A stretch of 64,000 nucleotides of DNA. It comes from Camelus ferus (taxonomy: Eukaryota). The notes under the pieces were generated by a model. The model saw only the letters and a program-made list of their open reading frames with translations. It was not told the origin of the DNA and did no database searches. Each line of letters opens with the position of its first letter. Position 1 is the first letter of the stretch. Both the position numbers and the translations under genes were made by a program. The DNA lies in the NCBI RefSeq assembly GCF_009834535.1, contig NC_045707.1, positions 52,888,001-52,952,000 of the forward strand, given 5' to 3'. Positions 58,701-64,000 of this stretch are shown here, one piece after another.

Positions 58701-60567
58701 AGCGTTTCACAGTCTCTAGGCGGTGAGGTTTGTTCTGCATACTGAGTATCAGATTGAGACACTCGCCTGAGCACTTTATTTCCCTTCACTTCAGCTCGAT
58801 AAGTACTGTTATCTCAGTTTCACAGACAAGAAAACGGAGCCCACAGGGGTTAAGTAACGTTCCCTGATTTTTTAAGTTAAAGCCTAATGCAACCCGATTT
58901 ATAGTGTTGCTGTAGTGAACAGGCTTATGTGTTTCCAGGTGGCCAGAGACTTCTTTCAGCCTTAGGTAGAATAAAATAATTTTATAGCTCTAAGGAACTT
59001 TTAAGTAGAATTAGTCCCCTAATTTTGCAATTAAAGAAATCGAAATCCAGAGAGTATCTTAACCTGTAACAAGGATATCTATAATACAAGAGGGTATGTG
59101 CGTTTCTTACATTTCACAGTAGTTGCTTAACTAATAATTATTGAGATAAACTTGCATTTGCTAATCTTAAGATATGTGGTGTTTGGTTGACAAAGATTTA
59201 TTCCGTAAGATGATTTTATTTGTAGGCAAGCTTTGTGTTTCTTTTTGTGGTATAGTAGAAATACGAATTGCAACAAATTGGTAACATCAGTACCTCTTTC
59301 AGCTGGAAACATTGCCCAGGGAAGATCTTATCAAGTTCGCCAAAAAGCAGATGATGCTAATACAGAAAGCTAAATCCAGATGTACAGGTATTGGCTTAAA
59401 AATATTCATCGTGACCACAGTCTTACTTAATCATGGTTATAAATATTAGTTTTTAATAGTATTTTGGCTTGTTTTGTTTAATGAGTGAATCCAGTAAAAT
59501 CTTAGTTTAGTGGAATCTCCTATTAGTTAACATTTTAACCATTCCCCCCTGATATTTTTAGTTATCTCACATCTCTAAACTGCAGTTGCCTTTGAATTAG
59601 TAAAAGTCAGGGAGGAGGATTTTAAAAAATAGTTTGTTAAATAAGCACTTTTTTTTAACTTCATGTGGATTGTATATTTTGAGTAAAGCATTTTTTTCTA
59701 GAGTAGTCAATTGAAATGTTAGAGACATGAGGTTTTGAGCCTAAAGAAGTAAAAAGAGGCCTCAAGTAAAGCAATAAAAGATTTGCATATCTGAAATTAT
59801 GAAGTATGTTTATTTGCTGAGGTTGCTGAATATTTCCTATTCAGCTTCCCTTTCTTTATATTCCAAAAAGATAAAGATACTAGTATCCGTTATTAATAGT
59901 ATAGGTGAGCTCTTGAATTTCCAATGGCTTAACAGGTGTTAACTGCCCCAGCCTAAAAGCCAAGACTTATTTTCTACTACAGAAAGTCAAATTGTGTTTC
60001 CGGAGATTGGATCAGCTGCTCATAAAAAGAATAATTTATTTGGAAAGATTATTCTAGGCCCCAGACCTAGACATGAGTTGATGAAATGGATTAACACGTG
60101 TGTTTAATATGAGGTTAGTTGTTGCTTTTAGATTATTCAGTAAGGAGTTATTTACAGCTGAAATAATATCTGGGATTTGCTTCAAAAATGTCAGAATGTG
60201 TAAGAAAAAAATGGGAAGGAGGAAGTGAATACAGGTGAGGATGAAACAAGATTGACATAGAGATTAACCATACTATTCTCTCTAGTTTTTTATTTGTTTG
60301 GAATTTTCCATAATAAAAAGGAAAGTAAAAGGTAATACTGGGTGAAGTTAATGATTCCTCAGAATATCTGCTGCATCTTAAATATTTTCTGATTTGTAGT
60401 GACTTTTTTTTTTTTTAAGAATGTACTTATCACTTTAGCCAGTAATTATTTTCTTTGTTTCTGAACTGGTATCTTTTATTTTTTTTAATAATTGTTTAGA
60501 ATTGGAGAAAGAAATTGAAGAATTCAAATCAAAATGTGTTGCTGGAGGAACTGATGATATTATTAAG
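58151..60567 (+). CDS. GCC2: GRIP and coiled-coil domain containing 2 (GCC185), coding exons 1-4; the gene continues past the window
   Basis: Exons: 58151-58156 (ME), 58291-58347 (DPVHDGVASPATPGTGRSK), 59303-59387 (LETLPREDLIKFAKKQMMLIQKAKSRCT), 60500-60567 (ELEKEIEEFKSKCVAGGTDDIIK). All GT-AG, 216 nt in frame. Matches the recalled human GCC2 N-terminus and synteny. Confidence 0.93.
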
Positions 60568-63500
60568 GTATTGAGACAGCTGGGAATGTTGCTTTCATTT
60601 TTATTTATTTACTTAGAAAAAATGCTGATGATAAGTCAAATTTCCTGGAGAGCTGTCAGCCTGCTTCAGCACTATCTGGCTTCCTGTCCCTGGGATTCCA
60701 CTTCCTCTCGGCCCTTGGTTACACTTTTTACCTTTCTGGTTGACTGTAAAAAGTGAGAGTTAAGTAACCTCCCATTCTGTTCTGAAATGGGTATTACTTT
60801 CTGTCCTTTTCATCCCACGCACGCTAATTATGGTCACTGCCTCAGTCTCAGTCCTGCTCTTCCCTCTCCCCCTCAGAAAACCCAGTTGCTCTCAGGACTT
60901 TGATGGCAACTTTGGGGCTGATCATCTATAGATATAATCTATAGGGCTGTGTCCCTGGACATGCCTACTGTGATCAGATGTCACAGTTAAATTCTAGCTG
61001 TTTGGGGGGAAAATCTTCACCCGTTTCTCTTGTCCTCTTTTCATACTCAGCACGACCACATGCCCTGCCCTGGACAGCCAGGAGCAGCACAGTTTGGGGG
61101 CCTTTTAACTTTGGAGTTTGTGTCAGTTGCCAGAGACCTCGTGTTCTTCGGGGCGATGCTCCACTTTATCCTCTTCTCTCCATTTCCACGGTTTTGTTAA
61201 ACACCTTGTGTCGAACTTCACTGACTGGGCTCCCTCTCTCTCTGGCTGCCCGGGCCCTTGCCGGATCACAGACTGCTGTTTGTGTCTTGCTGTTCCCTGT
61301 TTGAGAGTTCTTATTCTTACTTCCATGCCCCTTATGCTACCGTCCCCAACCTGGCCTAACCTTGCTTCTCAAAGCTCTGCTGTAACTTTTTTCCGTCTTT
61401 TTCCACATTTAAATTTGACTGTTGCTCTCTGTTCCTTAATTATGTGTTATCTTAGTTTCTCGTTAAGTGGCTCCCAACTTGAGAGCCATGGACGATTGTG
61501 GGACTCCCAGGAAGTTCTACAAGGAGTCTGTAAATCCCTATGCGTGTCTTGCACGACCATTTTGTTCTTTATGTAACTGAAACAGTACATGAAGTGTGAA
61601 TTGTGTACACAAATCCCATTTGGATTTGTAATGTGCTGATTGATTTAAACATTGCTGAATTCATAATGATTTTGTTTATTTTGGTCATTATGTATTTCCT
61701 TAATTAGTCATAACCAAAGTGCAACTATATGGCAGTTAACAAGGGGCACTCACTCTGGAGCCAGACTGCCTGGCTCAGGTCTTCAGACCTGTGCTCTGCC
61801 GAAGACCAGCTCTGTAATCGGGGCTGCTTTCTTCGTCCTTTCTCTGTGACTCTGTTCCTCCATCTGTAGACTAGAGAGCATATGATGCCTGCTTTTCTTA
61901 GAGCTGTGTTATGAGTTAGTGCACGTACAGCAGTTAGAACTGGGTCTGTCACACATGCGCAGTAATTGTTTATTCCTGTTACCATGTGTCATTTGTGGGG
62001 GTGTTTTACACACATATACACGGACATACACACACACCCACACACTAAAAGGAGATTTTTGTATTTGAAAAGACAGCTGCAGAGATTCTGTCCTAATTTT
62101 GTATCAGTTAACTATTAGCCCTTAGAATACTTTTTATACAGTTGCATTTCAGAATATTTAAATATCTGTTCCTTATTTCCTCCTTTGTATTCTCTCATTT
62201 TGTCAAAACTACTTCTAAAGATGAGGGTGGAAAGTTTCTCTCTGTCAGCCAACTTGACCTTTCAAGTGATTAGTTTAATATTAAAGCATGTTACCCTGAT
62301 CACTCAAATCTCAGAAAGTAAAGGTTTGGTAAAATTAAATGAGAATGAAATCTTTGGTTTCCAGTCCTAATGAGAAAATTACTTTGGGGAGTGATCAGAA
62401 AATCTGTGCAGCAGTTACTCAGCAGTTGTAGAAAAATCATATACTGCAGCATAGAATGTGCTCTGCACCTCCGGAAAACGGAGAAGACGTTCTTGCTAAG
62501 TTTCATCTCTTCATTGGAAAAGTACACTGGGGAAGATACGGCTTTGAATACAAGGTTTTCTGTTCGTAAAAATGTACAGCTTTTTACAAGTTTTGATTAT
62601 TAAAATTTCTAGCAGTCATCTTTTAGTGCATTAAAATACATGTAAAGTTTTATTGCAAACCGGCATATTTGATTTTTAAAAAAGAGGAATAAAAACCTGT
62701 ATTTCTCATGTCAAAATCTGAGATATATAGTGTTAAGTGAACTCACATGCTGCTTCCAAGCCCAAGACAAAGGTGACAATTGCATGTTAAGATGCTGAAG
62801 TTTCTAGTACATGTCACTCTTGTTGAGTTCTCTTTGCTGGAATCAAATCTGTATTTCCTGGGAAGTAGCTGTCTATTTTGTACATCTAATCTTTAAGGTT
62901 ATTTATAACTTTCAGATAATGCTCTCTATATATTTCCTAAAATTATTAATGTATTTTGGCTTCTGGTAATTCACCAAACTGAAATTTATATTCTAATACT
63001 ATGTAATGTGAAAAACCTAATTTTAAAACTAAAATTATTTTAACAAAAATAATATATGCACATGATTTAGAAATAGTACCAAAAACGAAATAACTCATTA
63101 TGATACTGAATAAAGTATGGAAATTATTTCTATATTTCTAAATAATATGCTGTGCTGCTATTCCTTGATTTATACATGTGAGATATTAGCTATTAACTTC
63201 CTGTTAGAGCAGATGAAAATTTAGTTGTCTTTCACAATGACTTCTACTTTCCAAATGGTCAAACTGATCAAATAATCATTTACATTTTCTCCTGGGCTCC
63301 TGCCTTCTAAAGCCTCTGTCCTGTGCTAATGTCGCCTGGTTGTTCTCTTGGTCTGTGGTTTTCCTGGAATTGGTCTTTTGCCTTGACCCTGTGGGTTTCT
63401 GTACTGCTTTCCTGTGCTGGCCCCCCTCTCGCTGGTCACATCACGTCCACTGTCTTGGTTGACCTCATTTCGGTAGAGCTTGTTCTTCTGTAGCTTCCTA

Positions 63501-64000
63501 AGAACGAATACGTAGGAGGAAAATTGTTGCCATCTTTTATATAAAAATGGCTTTATTCTACTCTCGTGTTTGAATAATAGCTATAACTTGATATAGAACT
63601 CTAAATTTTCTACGTCTGCTTTGTTTTAGTATTTTTGAACAACAAAGTTTTTCTTTGTTATTTCATGTAAGAAGTTTAGGGGCAGTTCTAGAGTTATAGT
63701 GGACTGATGTCTGTTTAGAATGTTAACGTTTTATCTAGATTTTAACGTTTAGGATTAACTTTATCTAAATTTGTAGTGAAATGGATCTTTGATTTTCCTG
63801 TCTGTAAAGTCCTTGGATACTGTCATCAAGTTATGCTGATTTTGTGGTATAACTCAGTAATTCTTGCTTTTTATTTCCTCTGGTGCAATTCCTATGTAAT
63901 TGGGATAGCCTGTTCTTTGAAAACTTAATAGAACTCACCTATAAAACTATTCCCCTTGTTTTTTTTGGTGGGCAGTTTTAAACCACTAGTTGGATTTTTA

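Overview
Mammalian genomic DNA, most likely camelid given two Vic-1-like tRNA-derived SINEs. The window holds a tandem cytosolic sulfotransferase SULT1C cluster, all on the + strand. It contains three intact 7-coding-exon genes: a SULT1C1-type gene resembling rat Sult1c1 (15222-22435, 304 aa), SULT1C2 (31530-36336, 296 aa) and SULT1C4 (47217-55372, 298 aa). Two degenerate orphan 3' exons of a fourth paralog lie between SULT1C2 and SULT1C4 (41107-43207). The CpG-island promoter and first four coding exons of GCC2 follow (58151-60567), matching human SULT1C-GCC2 synteny. Intergenic and intronic DNA is dense in L1, L2, MIR, MaLR/ERV LTRs and DNA transposons. Most ORFs in the six-frame track are spurious. 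I see no new biological system. The most notable points are an apparent exon-limited gene conversion between paralogs, the orphan pseudo-exons, loss of the ancestral SULT1C4 start codon, PAPS-motif substitutions, and an E-box-rich 12-mer minisatellite abutting the GCC2 promoter. Gene and repeat family names rest on recalled sequences, not database searches.
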